Shown: positions 11,701-23,911, counted from the first letter of the stretch. The stretch is 64,000 nucleotides of DNA from Basidiobolus meristosporus CBS 931.73 (GCA_002104905.1 MCFE01000015.1:124001-188000); one strand, 5' to 3'. The notes: generated from the sequence alone by a model not told the origin. Numbers and translations are program-made.

Positions 11701-12860
11701 TTCAAAATTTGGGAAACTGTATGGAGACAGGATGAGCAGATACTGTGAGTATTGCAATCAATATGCCAGGTAGAGAATGCAGTATACAAATTGCAAAGAA
11801 GGAACTCAAGTAGCTCAATTTCATAGAGAAGAGCTGAGTCATTGCCTTATGTAACAGCAGAGTACCAATTTACAGCTTTGAACTACAAGCACAGAACCCA
11901 AAGTTAAACCCACAGAAAAACCTATCACACTATGGGAGGGAGATACTGTAGTATTTATGCCAAGGCCTAAGTATCTTATTACATTATAGATTCATGAAGC
12001 AATCAAGTGCAATGATGAAGAGTGGTCCAATATTCAAAAGGCTGTAGGAAGTCTGGCACACTATTATCTAAAGGCTGGCATACCTTGAGACCATCAGGAA
12101 CTCAAGTCCCAGCAGAATTAGCTTGACCTGCTCCATGAGCATTATACCGGACTCAAATGAGCAAACAGATTTTGGGACAGCATTGATATGATAAGAATAT
12201 ATCTAAAGAGTGGCAGAAGCTATTAAATGCAGAAGTATTGGGTGGCAACAGCTATTCACCAACAGCTTCCTCAGTGTTGCAATATTCTGAGGAGTATTGG
12301 AAGTGATGTGGAGAACTAGAGGATTTACATGTTATTCACTTTTAGATTTATTGATCAAATGTATGGTATTTATACTTTTGATAAAGTAGAGCAAACAAAC
12401 ATGTGGAGTTTGCTAAGGAAGGTTCCAAGAATTGGTGTGCAAAGTTTGAGGGCTATTGGACAGCTCTGAGAAAGACCATAATCTGGGTACCTGATAATCT
12501 GGTGAGAATATGCTAAGAAAATCCCAACAAGATATTTGGTCAGGACAGAATGCCAATTAAAGAGTAGGATCTATGTGACTAAGTTAGCATGAATATTTAG
12601 GTGGCAACTTAATAATTGCAACACTCAAGAGCCTGTCATAAGCAGGTCTGAGAGCTCTAACCAGAGGCAAGGAAACATTGGGTAGCCAGAAGAGTGCAGG
12701 TAAGGGAAAAACACGCTGAAGCAGATGCATTGGTGCAGCATTTGTCCAGGAAAATTCTCAGTACATTACAGGAGACACTAAGTCAAAGTAGTAGTGAGCA
12801 CCCTTGCTGGGATAAAGGCAAAGGGAAAGGAAAAAAAGTGTACCTGAACCAGACCCTATG
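11700..12860 (+). mobile_element. Uncharacterised repeated ORF family, copy B, split by a solo LTR
   Basis: KPTEKPITLWEGDTVVF...EEWSNIQKAVGSLAHYYLKAGIP is homologous to the reverse strand of 13850-14860. Confidence 0.8.
12275..12623 (-). repeat. Solo copia LTR with 5-bp TSD
   Basis: TGTTGCAAT...ATTGCAACA termini. The reverse complement aligns along its length with 10008-10356 and 20045-20391. Flanks are CTCAG and CTCAA. Confidence 0.9.
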
Positions 12861-13079
12861 AAAAATTATTGAGATGATCCTGTCAAAAGGCCATCACAAA
12901 GTGAAAGTCCTGTGACTAAGAGGTACTGATCTTGTCAAGACACCATCAAGAGACTGTTGAAAAACTATTGCACCCCATATTTCACAACACACTTAGTCAA
13001 AAATTTTCATCACAACAATGTATAAGTGGCTTTTGATTGGTTCCCTGCCAATTTGCTCACTTTCTGATCCTGGACACTC

Positions 13080-15192
13080 TATTGCCTCCTACATTTGTGT
13101 GATTGACTGGCTATTGCCTCTTTTTCACACTCCTTACTTCCTGACTCAGCTGTTTCTCTTACTTTTCATGTGTACAAATTGATTTATTTCCATTGAAACT
13201 TCAGTTGTACCTCAATTGCCAATTGTATTGACCTATACAAGTCCCTATACCCTACACTAGCATTAAGCCCAACCCCACACTCAACAAGTAACTCCATTGA
13301 AATCCACCACTCAATAAGTATTTTTGCTGTAATGCTCTGGTTCCAGAACTTTGGCAGGAACCCAACAGCTTTATGCTACTGTTCATTCACTGGTTCCCAC
13401 ATGTCCTGGTCTTTAGCCAGCACTGAAAGGTCTAGCACCTCATTTGCCAGTCTTTGCAATTAATCCTTGCAATATTCCAGTGTGTTTGCTTGAGCACTGC
13501 TCTTCAAGAAGTGCTGCAATCTCTTGGTGTGCCTATTGATGTTTCAAAACTCCACTGAAGGCATTGTGATAGTCTTTCAAACTCTTGACATTGTAGCCTT
13601 CTCTGTCAGTGGGATCTCCACTCTGTCAACAATGGAGGCTGCAGATGCTGTGGATGCTTTGGTAGACAAATTGTCTTTTTCAGTAAACTTATATACCTTG
13701 CTGGAGTGTAGCTCAACTGGCTGCGCTTCCAACTCTTGTGAAAACAGCTGTTTTCTTGTTGGTAATTCTTCTTGGCTATGATGGGATTCAGTCTGTTCCT
13801 GGCTTGTGGCGTTAATTGGCAAGAACTGCAGGTTTTTTTGCATGCCTCCCTGTCTCAGGCTTGGGTAGACATTTTTCCCTTTACCTTTTCCTTTATCACT
13901 GCCAGGTCTTTCACTGCTACTTTTTCTGAGTACTTCTTGTAAAGAACTACACTTTCTCCTGGATAAATTCTGCTCTGACACATCTGTTTAGGCCTGCCTG
14001 TCCCTTGCTTGCTCTCTTCTGGCAACCTGATGTTTCTTTTCAGCTTGTATTGAGCTCTCAACCATAGTTGTGACGGGCTCCTGTAAAAGCAACTGGCTTT
14101 TATCACTGACAGATCCTTCACTGCTACTTTGACTGGGTGCTTCTTGGGTGGTACTATGCTTTTTCCATGATAAATGTTGTGCTGGTGCATCCATGCCTGC
14201 CTGCTTGTCCCCAATTGGCACTCTTCCAGCTGCCTGATGTCTCTTTGACACCTGTCTGGAGCTTTTGACCCTGCTTGTAACAGGCTCTTGATGAAGCTGC
14301 TGGTTTTTAGCCATGGCACCCTTGTTCTTCTGCCTTTTATAGTTTCTGCTATTGTTGAGATACTTTCTTAGCATACCAATGCTGGCCCAAAATCTGTTTG
14401 CCTGTTTGAATCCAGGATTATGCTCATGGAGCAGGTCAAGTGCATTCTGCTTGGCCTAGAGTTCCTGATGGTCCCATGGTATGCCAGCCTTAAGGTGATG
14501 GCATGCTAGACTTCTGATGGCCTCTTGAATATTAGCCCACTCTTCATTATTGCACTCAGCAGCTTCACAAATCTTCAATGTCTTTTAATTTTTAGGCTTT
14601 GGTATAAACACCACATTGTCTGCCTCCCACACTGTGATAGGTTTTTCTGTGGGCTTTATATTTGGGCACTGCTGTTGTGCTTCAAAGACTGTATGGTGTT
14701 CCTCTACTGTTACATCAGAAATGGCTCAATTCTTGGCTGTGACATTGAGCTACTTGAGTTCCTTCTTTGCAGCAAAGATACTGCTTTCTCTACCTGGGAT
14801 ATTGTTTGCTCTACATGTATTATCCACTCATCCTGTTTCTGGACTATTTGCTGATTTCTCTGGGCCATTGCATCTATCCTATCAGCTGCTGCACCTAATT
14901 GGTTTATTAATGCTTTGGTATGAGCTGACAACATACTTGCTAATATGGGTGGTGGTGATGTTATCATGGCCACTTGGTGATCTTCAACTGAGGGTACTGC
15001 ATTTACTACATTCTCATCTGCCTGAGCATAATGGTCAGCTTGTGGCTCTGCAGAAGTTCTCAATTGCCTACTTGACTGAGAGCCTGAGGAGTCCGCATTA
15101 TTACCTTCAATGGGCACACTGTCCACAGGGGCTTTTTTGGATGTGTACCTGCTTGTTGCACTGAATGTCAAAGCAAGCTGTTGTCCCACCAT
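13080..15192 (-). pseudogene. Most complete copy (C) of an uncharacterised TE-associated ORF: coiled-coil N-terminus, helical domain, low-complexity linker, conserved C-terminal domain
   Basis: The chained ORFs 14710-15192, 13988-14374 and 13577-13981 plus stop-interrupted segments read as one broken gene. Partial copies occur at three other loci in this window. Confidence 0.7.
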
Positions 15193-15576
15193 TCTTCTGT
15201 TGCCATCAGCAGTGCTGTTTGGTTAAGACCCAAACAACTTTGCTTTATTTTTTGGCAGCATATATATGAAAGTGAGTCAAACCAAAAGGGAAATAGTGTT
15301 ACATATACGTGTGTATGTGATGTGGGTTAATACTGACTGTACTTGGTGAGTGGGAGAGCTTGTAGGTCAAGTCAGTACCACTTGGTTCAGAATAGCTTCC
15401 AATAGAAGGTAGCAAGGTAATAAAGACTTGTGTTTATTTTGTCCCAAATCTCCTTGTTCTCTTACTTGGTTCAATTGGGTAGATATATATCACTTAGGGG
15501 CTTAGATAATAGACAATTTGTTATAAAATAGGGGAGTGAGCACCTTCCTGTTATGGTAAGTGTTCTAATTAGATAA

Positions 15577-15675
15577 GGGCAGGGATAGGAGGGAGGGTGC
15601 GTGGGGGAATCATAGGGAGGATACTGGGGGACTTTGGGTAGGACTCTGGGGAGAACTCTGGGGAGAACTCTTGGG
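15577..15675 (+). repeat. G-tract array (11 runs of 3 or more G) including tandem GGGGAGAACTCT
   Basis: Direct reading: gggcagggataggagggagggtgcgtggggg...ggggagaactctggggagaactcttggg. Confidence 0.8.
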
Positions 15676-16009
15676 CAAAGAGTGGGTACTGCATTTAGTA
15701 CTCACATGTCATGCCATAACTTTATATATAATGCTTACTATGGCAGGTCATCATTGGATCTTACATTCATGTAGGTGCAATGTCTCAAATACAGGACTGT
15801 CTTAAGTTCATATGAGTATTGACCAAAAAGTGATATAATAGTGCTATGTTGCTGAAGGTCAAACTGTTTGCCCCATGGACAAGACTACTTTGACTTAATG
15901 CCATACAAGAAGAGAAAAAAGACCATGTGACTATTGTGGTAAGCCTCTCAGCCATGAAGCACGCAGAGAACATAGGAAGTATTACAAGGATCAAGGCCAG
16001 TGTTTTGCC

Positions 16010-18880
16010 ATGCAAGTCATATTTGACCATTCATTGGTCACTACTGTACCAACATTATCATGCCAGCCAGTTGATACTTCTATATTGGCACCTGACTGTC
16101 TTTGCCACCTTGCGCAAACTGAGTCAGGGGAGTCTGTGATGCCTTTAGGCTCACCTCAGCCTTCTGAATATGGCATGCAGAGTGATAGCTCTGACAAAGA
16201 AGGCTCACTGATGGATTTTGAGCCTATCTCCCCTAACAACAGTACCATGTATGAGCCCAGTCAAATCCCATATGCAATGAGACAACACCCATTGAAACAA
16301 ATGCCAAGGATACTTTATGGAGCCAAGTGAGCCCAGTAATCCATCTACTGGTGAATGATGTAATGTTGTGGCTAGAGAAGTGGTGTGTTTCAACTAATAT
16401 CAGTAATGGGGGCTTTGAGGGCTTATTACTACTTCTTGCCAAAATCATATTGGGATGCAACTTACCATGTACATGGTACAAGTGGATAACCATCAAGCAA
16501 CTGGCAACATATGATCCAGAGACTGTCCTGATTCCAGCATGTGTCAACAGTTGCATGTCATGCACATCCAAAAATGCTACCATTGCAATGTGTCCAAACT
16601 GTCAGGAATCCACCACCATAGAGTGAAAACATTATTCACACTCTGGATATATTCCAGTCATACCCCATCTGAGGAAGCTCATGCAGTCCAACAAATATTG
16701 CAAAGCTATACAGTACCACACTCAGTATCAATCAAGTGCAAACATATCCAATATATTTGATGCTAACATTACAAACAGCTAAAAAGCAAGGGCCACATTG
16801 AAGGTATGTATGACCATGCCTTTGCTTTAGCACTTGATGTATTCTCATCAAACAAGTATTCTACCAGCAAGTCCTGCTGGCCATTGATTCTCATCAATCT
16901 GAATCTGCTGCCCATCTTATGGTGTCAGAGCAATAATCTGATGGTAGTCGCACTGGTATCTGGGCCTAAATCACCATCCAACCTGGATAGCTACCTGTAT
17001 CCATTACTGGATGAATTTGTATGCCTTCCAGCAGGATGATGGTAAATGGCAGTCATGTAAAAGCACATATTACTATCTGCATTGGAGATACCCCAGCCGT
17101 CAGCAAGATAGCAGGTTTTTCCAGGCATAATGGACAGTATTGCCGTCAAATGTGTGAGATCCAGGGGATTTACTCTATAACTCACACACATTATTATTAC
17201 CCAAACACCAGCACTAAGAACATCATATTTCCACAGAGAGAATGTACAGAAGTAAGCATGCAATTGCAGCAAAGTTGGCAAGCTATAAGCCATTGGCCAG
17301 AATATGGAATCAATTGGAAACTGGAGATACTTAAGATAGAGGGTATCTGTTGGAGCAAAAGCCTTCCACTGGGAGCAATGCATTTGCTTTTCAACAGAAT
17401 CCCTATAATGATGACCAAGTTGTACATAGGGCCTTTCAAGCTAAATGAGCCCTTTGAGATACTGGAGAAATTTGAAGGAATTGGCAAGATACTACAGAGT
17501 GTCCGCTACCCTAAGTACTTCTCACAGGCTCCAATTAATATTCATACACATATGCAACAATACAAATGCAAAGACTGGATGAACTGGATATGTATTTATT
17601 CAAGTGGTGCTCTGAAGCCATTCCTACCAAGAGAACATTAGAAGCATTGGGAGTCATATGTGGACATTGTAGGAATATTTATCCAGAAGCAGATCACCAA
17701 TGCCAACTTGACATATCTACAGCTGTTGTGTGAGGAGTTTGTAATGGGATTTGAGCGGCTATACTACAAACATGAAGCTGAAGGTGTAGATCTCTGCCGC
17801 TACTGTATCCATTCTCTACTCCATCTTGCACAGTGTGTGGAAAATATTGGGCCTTGCTTCACCTTTTGGGAGTTTCCTGTGGAGCAAATGTGTGGGGAGA
17901 TAGGAAGCCAAGTCAAGTTGCAGGTACTACCATATCCCAATCTCATCAAGAATACTACCTTCAAGTCCGTCATGGATGTGATTAGTTGGCACATGGAGGA
18001 CAGCCAGAAAGAGTTGGAAAATACTGAGGACAAATGTGCACATGGAGACACCTATGCCTATGGCATTAAGAAGCTAAGCAGCCCCAATGCATGGGTAATC
18101 AGTTAAGTAATGCAAAGTTGGGTTGGGTGCAACAAGCAACTAATTTTTATCAGGAAAACTCCACCAAGATATGCCAGATTTCTCATGGTCACAAGCAAAC
18201 TTCTATACCATTCAATACAGAATTCACACAAACAAAAGCCAGAGTGCACCAATAAGGGGGACTAGAATCCAGCAAGGAGAAGGAATATATTGGCTAAATA
18301 CCAAGAAGTTCTTTGCGGATATTGAGGAGGTATTCATGGCAGAAGTGGCAACAACTAAGCATATGTTTGCAAGATGTATATGTTACCAGCAGTGCAAGGT
18401 ATATGGCAACTTTGCAAGTATCACACTAAAAAGCCATAAAGTTGAGGTGATAGAAGTATGTCAATTGCAGCAAGTGTGCACATTTGTAGAGGTTAGTAAG
18501 CAGGAGGCAATAGTTTTTTTTTTGATTCAACCTATATGTGGAATACCCAAGGTAGTAGTGGGTAAGCAAATAAAGAAAGGTGATTCTACAGTAGAATATT
18601 ATGAACTGCACAAGGGGAGGTAGAAATAGGAAATACCATTTGGTAAATTGGTATAGTAGCATTATACAGAACCAGTGGTAGGCCATCATACTGCCAATAT
18701 AATGCCATCAGAGTCTTGCTGTGAGGCCATCAAAATACTGTCAAGTTTCTTGCCATATAAGGCAATTGGATGTCCTGGCCAACTGGATTTACTTAAAATA
18801 GTTATAGAGCACTGAAAGACCTCAACAATACCATGTAAATATTGATACAGCACTGATAAAATATTGTCAAGTTTTATCCC
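16010..18880 (+). mobile_element. Degenerate CACTA/EnSpm (CMC) transposase: Transposase_21 plus DUF4218-like regions
   Basis: CVNSCMS...MCPNCQE; LALDVF...SCWPLILINLNL...GPKSPSNLDSYLYPLLDEF; GDTPAVSKIAGFSRHNGQYCRQMCEIQG; FERLYY...HSLLHLAQ...GPCFTFWEFPVEQMCG. Several frameshifts and stops. TIRs not found. Confidence 0.88.
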
Positions 18881-19049
18881 TTTATTTGACTGTAAAATTA
18901 GCAAAACACTGTCATGATTTTGTCATAAGATTGTTAGAAGGGTCACTAATTCCAAGCTGCTATTATTGTGATGGTCTCTAAGCGGGATCTTGATGGCTGA
19001 TCTGGATTGGATCCACCTGCAGGACCAAATTATTTTTCATAGGGCAGAG

Positions 19050-19810
19050 ATTGAGAAGTATGGGGGAAAAGCTGCAGCTCTCACTAATCAACACCATCAA
19101 TTTAAAACAGCTTGATTTCCATAATAGCTATAAAGAATTACCAACAAGACAACAGCTATTACCACAAGAATTGAAGGCACATCTAGTTGAGCTACACCTA
19201 GTGAGGAGGATGAGTCAGCCAAGAAAGACAACCTATCTACCTCAGTCTCTATGTCTTCCATTGTACACAGAGTGGAAATCCAACTGGCAGTAAAGTAGCA
19301 ACATCAACAAATCCAAGGACTACCACAGTGCCTACAGTGTAATTTTGGAACAGTTGCAGACATATCAAGAGGTTGCAGCACTTCTTCAAGAGCTGTCCTC
19401 AAGAAAACACACCCAAATATTGCAAGGATCTATTGCAAAGACTGGCATATGAGGTGCTGGACCTTGCAGTACCAGCTGAAGAACAGTATGTATGCAAACC
19501 AGTGAATAGACAATGCATAAAGTCATAGGGTTCCTGCCAAAGTCATGGGCAAAGGGCATTACTGCTGGGATACTTATTGAGTAGTGGATTTTAATGTTGC
19601 TACTTGTTGAGTGTGAGGCTGGCTTAATGATGGTGTTGGGTATAGTGACTTGTATGGGTCAGTAAAATCTACAGTTGAGCTACACCTGGAGATTCAATGG
19701 AAATATGCCAATTTATATGCCTGAACAGCTAGACCCCTGGTAGAGCCAGGAAGTAAGGAGTGTGAAAAAGAGGCAATAGCCAATCAATGTATAAAAACAT
19801 AGGAGGTGAT
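19050..19810 (+). mobile_element. Uncharacterised repeated ORF family, copy D (3' part)
   Basis: ELPTRQQLLPQELKAHLVELH matches EELPTRKQLFSQELEAQPVELH of copy C. The downstream domain also aligns. Confidence 0.75.
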
Positions 19811-20391
19811 TGAGTATTCAGGATCATGCACCTTTCTTGACTGTAAAGGAACAATTTTATGGAATTCAAGAAAGCAGCCAATTGAAGCACTTTGGCCCAC
19901 AGGGGCAGACTATATGGCAGCCTGTGAGGCTACAAAAGAAGCAGTGTGGTTGAGAAAGCTTTTTGAGGACTAAGGCTCATACCAATATGAATATCTAGGA
20001 TAACAATTAAGACTAGTTAATATGAATATCTAGTTGAGTGGGAGTGTTGCAAGTTATGTAATTACACCTAATTACAGACCTAACTTGGTCACTTTGATCA
20101 TTACCTGTAAATCTTCAAGAATCCTTACTAAATTCCTTGCTGAGATATACTTGGAAATATTTTCATCAAATTTCTGGTACCCAGATCATAAAATTTCTGC
20201 AGGCTATCCAAACAGCCCCAAACTTGGCACACATGTTCTTGGGAACTTCCTGAACATATCTTATGTGCTTGCTTTGCCAAGTGCATGTGAAAGTAGAAAT
20301 ACTACTTTACATTTGATAAATCATTAAGTGAAAACCACATAATCTTCTTGTTCCCCAAATCACTTCTAATATCTCCAAAACCTTGACAACA
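19811..20391 (+). mobile_element. Internally deleted copia 3' end plus LTR (20045-20391)
   Basis: WNSRKQPIEALWPTGADYMAACEATKEAVWLRKLFED matches the copia RNase H N-terminal motif. PPT TGAGTGGGAG. LTR TGTTG...CAACA. Confidence 0.88.
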
Positions 20392-20419
20392 CCTACCTCA
20401 ATCAAAGATTGTAACTAAA

Positions 20420-20720
20420 ATTTTGAAGGAAAAGCACCAGCAGAATACCAGCAGACTATGAAATGAATTCCAAGCTTGAGATTTTTCACAGAGTATGGAA
20501 ATCAGGTTGATTGCAAGTTTGTGAGATGGATTGAGTTAGTGTGGAAACACCAAAGATTTGTAAGATATTCACTTATTGGTATATTAAGCACAATTAAGGT
20601 ACTCCTAGACAAACCTCTTAAAGTCAGTGCTAAGAATACCTTCAGGAAGTTCCCAAGATGCTGTATGCCAAGATTGGGGTGTTTTCAAAACTTCCAGGAT
20701 GTCTATGTGTAAACTTAGTT
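20420..20720 (+). mobile_element. Probable further CACTA-transposase C-terminal fragment
   Basis: atgaattccaagcttgagatttttcacagag resembles 11248-11275. CpG-poor. Confidence 0.35.
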
Positions 20721-21146
20721 GCAACTGAATAATTTGTACTCTAGCAAAATAGGTATTTACAGTCAAGTAGGCTGCCCTATATAGTCACACACATCATGTA
20801 AAGGGGACAGCAAACATCCACCAATACTGGTTAACGTGGGGAAAGTAGCGGGGAAGAGGGGAACAATTTCATAACCTAGAACCTGATTAAATCGGAATAT
20901 TAAGTTTGCTATAAATAGTAGCTTTGCTCATGAGCCAGACAAGCAAGGTGATTAGTAGCCGGCTTATCACATGGTGATTAACCTACCACAATCGGGATAA
21001 TACATCAGTATATGGACATTCAGGACTACCCACTTAGGACGCTTGACTTGCGCACGATTGAATCTTTTTTTCGGGGAAGAAAGGAAAATGGAATAGCTAG
21101 GATTTTACCTTTCCTTGTGTCGTAAAGGCTACACTCCAGACACTGA

Positions 21147-22771
21147 ATGACTGTATTTCAGTTTGACGAAGACGACCACCCAACCCTAAAGAGCCGCACC
21201 ATATCGGGCGGCTCTTTTGCGCATTTTTCGGTGGCCGAAAATCCCTCGGACTCGGAGTCCGACCCTGATCCCGAGACGGAAGAATTGTTGGAGCAAGTAA
21301 TTCAAGCGGAATCTTTACCGAAGGCAGATAGCGAATTTATTGTCCCGTTGGAGGAGCCTTTTGTGGCCTCCTTGGTGGAAAATGCTACGGTTAACAGAAA
21401 GGTTGGACCTGAAGATTTCGAACAGCTGAAAGTGATTGGACGGGGAGCGTAAGTACGCTAGTTAATCCGGTGGCCAGCCTAAACACTAACCGCCCTCTTT
21501 TGGCTTCTATTACTAGTTACGGGAAGGTATTTTTCTCTATTGTGCCTGGCTTGGGCCCTGGCTAAGTTTCTTTGGTCAGGTTCTTTTAGTTCGTCAAAAA
21601 GCCACCGGTAGGTGCTTCGCCATGAAGGTTCTCAAAAAGGCCTCCATTATAGTGCACACAAAAAACACGGAATACTCCAAAACCGAAAGAGCCATACTGG
21701 AAGAAGTCAGTCACCCGTTCATTGTCAAGTTGTTCTACGCTTTCCAAACCAACGCAAAGCTCTACCTGATTTTGGATTACGTCGCTGGCGGGGAGTTGTT
21801 CACCCACATGGCCAAAGAAAGGATGTTTGAGGAGGATGTTGCGCGATTCTTTACTGCTGAATTGGTGCTTGCGCTGGAACATCTGCACAGTCTTGGGATC
21901 ATATACCGGTAGAGGATTGGACCATTCTATCAAATGGGATGTATGTGGTGCTCAACGATATTCCCTCACGTAGTGACTTGAAGCCTGAAAATTGTCTGCT
22001 GGACAACGAAGGCCACATTGTGTTGACCGACTTTGGACTCTCCAAAGTGGCACTGAACACCAACGATGGCAAAACCAACACCATGTGCGGAACCACTCAA
22101 TATATGGTAATTTCCCCTGCTACAGTTGTCGTTGGCCATATTTAACCCCATCTTGCGACAGGCGCCGGAAGTCCTTCTTGAAGTGTACTATGATAAGGCA
22201 GTTGACTGGTGGTCTCTTGGTATCATGATCTACGACATGCTAACTGGCGCGGTAAGAAAAGACCAACCAACCAACCCCAACCCGCCTGTACTGACCTCCT
22301 CTCAGCCTCCATTCAAAGGCAGCAACCGTAAGAAGACCATGGAGGCCATTCTCAACAAAAAGCTTCGGTTCCCCAACTACATCTCTCCTGACGCCAAGGA
22401 CCTCATGACCCGGTTGCTTCGAAAGTCCCCTGCTGTACGACTCGGTAGTGGACCTGACGGGGCCAGCGCCATCAAAAAGCACCCATTCTTCAGAACCATC
22501 GATTGGAAGGCACTCGCGCGTCGGGAAATCAAGTCGCCAATCATTCCCCTTTTGGTATAGCGGTTTGCTGGCATTGAATACAATCTATGAGTTACTAACT
22601 TTTCTGCCGTAGTCCTCAGCTGACGATGTGAGTAATTTCGATACTCAATTCACATCGCTCACCGTTCTAGAATCCCCCGCCTCACCTAGCCCAATAAGCG
22701 CAAGCTTCAATCGCCTGTTCCAAGGATTTAGTTTTGTTGACCGATCTACCTATCTACCATACCACGAATGA
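21147..22771 (+). CDS. AGC-family p70 S6K-like kinase (Psk1/Ypk3 type), 7 exons
   Basis: Exons ~21147-21448, 21517-21526, 21580-21907, 21974-22106, 22162-22251, 22306-22554, 22612-22771. Motifs [33 protein letters not shown] and hydrophobic motif FQGFSFV. Confidence 0.93.
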
Positions 22772-22973
22772 TTCCCACCAATGATTCCTGAATCGACCGT
22801 CATCGCCTTTCCCATTCTATTTTATAGATAATCAATAAATTCTACCTAAGTTTAGGCAAACTGACATGGAACATGATTAATATCCCTACGAACAAGATTC
22901 ATTAGGTTTAATGGATTTCTCTAGTTAAGCAACGTGTATAAACTCTTCCCGCCCCACCTAGTTCTTCGGCAAG

Positions 22974-23445
22974 ATGGAAGCCAACCTTGAAACCATTATA
23001 AGCAACCTGTTTGTGATTTCCGTATTGTTTCAGGCTCTCAGATTGCATGTTTACTAAACTTGCCTCTTATTTCACCCAGCCTAGGCAATGATGGAGTTAG
23101 AGGAGTTTTGTTAGCTGACCACAATGGTCTGTGCTTGGCCTGTAAGTTTTATCCACTGGCTTCTCATCCAATCAGTAGATGCGTGTACTGAGCTCGGTGT
23201 TCTTTAGCCAGAGGAGCGGCTCCCGCAAGTGCCGCAGGCTTCATCTCATCCATTGCTAACCGTGCTCAGGAGCTGATGGTAACACAGGAAAACGACGCCC
23301 CCGCTGTGAGCATCAGCATAGAGACACAAGAACAGTAAGTGAGATCTAATCTTACCAACCCTTCATGCTCTGACACCTTACCGACTCTTGTAGCACTATC
23401 GTCATCCGTAGAGAGAAAGAAATGACCCTCGCCATTTATAAATAG
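22974..23445 (+). CDS. LAMTOR5: Ragulator subunit LAMTOR5 (HBXIP), 4 exons, ~91 aa; below the ORF-track threshold
   Basis: Spliced product MEANLETIISNLLGNDGVRGVLLADHNGLCLASRGAAPASAAGFISSIANRAQEL...IVIRREKEMTLAIYK matches the human LAMTOR5 pattern (MEATLE..GVLCTDSQGLNLG.RG...AGVIS.LA..A..L). Introns are GT-AG. Confidence 0.88.
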
Positions 23446-23911
23446 GTTATTGTAATAGCAAATGTACCGATAAAGTAATTCTCAATGCTACGACACCATA
23501 CTGAGCAGTGTGGCCGGAACCAATATATATCATTCAATCCACTGAACAGGCAAACACACGCCTCTTAATGACTGTGACTAGTTGGGCTATCACCAGCACC
23601 ATGATGATGTTGATGTGGTTCATGATCATTCAGCGACTGATAGAGCAGATCATGTGGTATTCCATCGGTCAGTATGCTACGTGTGGGATGACTTCATTTA
23701 TCAACGAATCTGATCTGCAATGCTGGGCTGAGAGGAGGCTCTACTCCTGCGCCAGCATTTGGCTCCTTGTGAGAATTTTATTGCCCTGAATCATATAATA
23801 TAAAATGCACATAGTACATCGGTTGTCACAGATGTATCCAGGCACAAGCCTAAAGATACTTTCGACACCCAGTCAAAAAGCAACGTTACTTTGAGCACTC
23901 TGGACCTCAAT

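Noticed and set aside
14525-15164. Plus-strand hydrophobic ORFs (109 and 182 aa) as membrane proteins
   Set aside because: They are antisense shadows of the minus-strand TE-associated ORF; CpG loss and codon bias inflate such frames.
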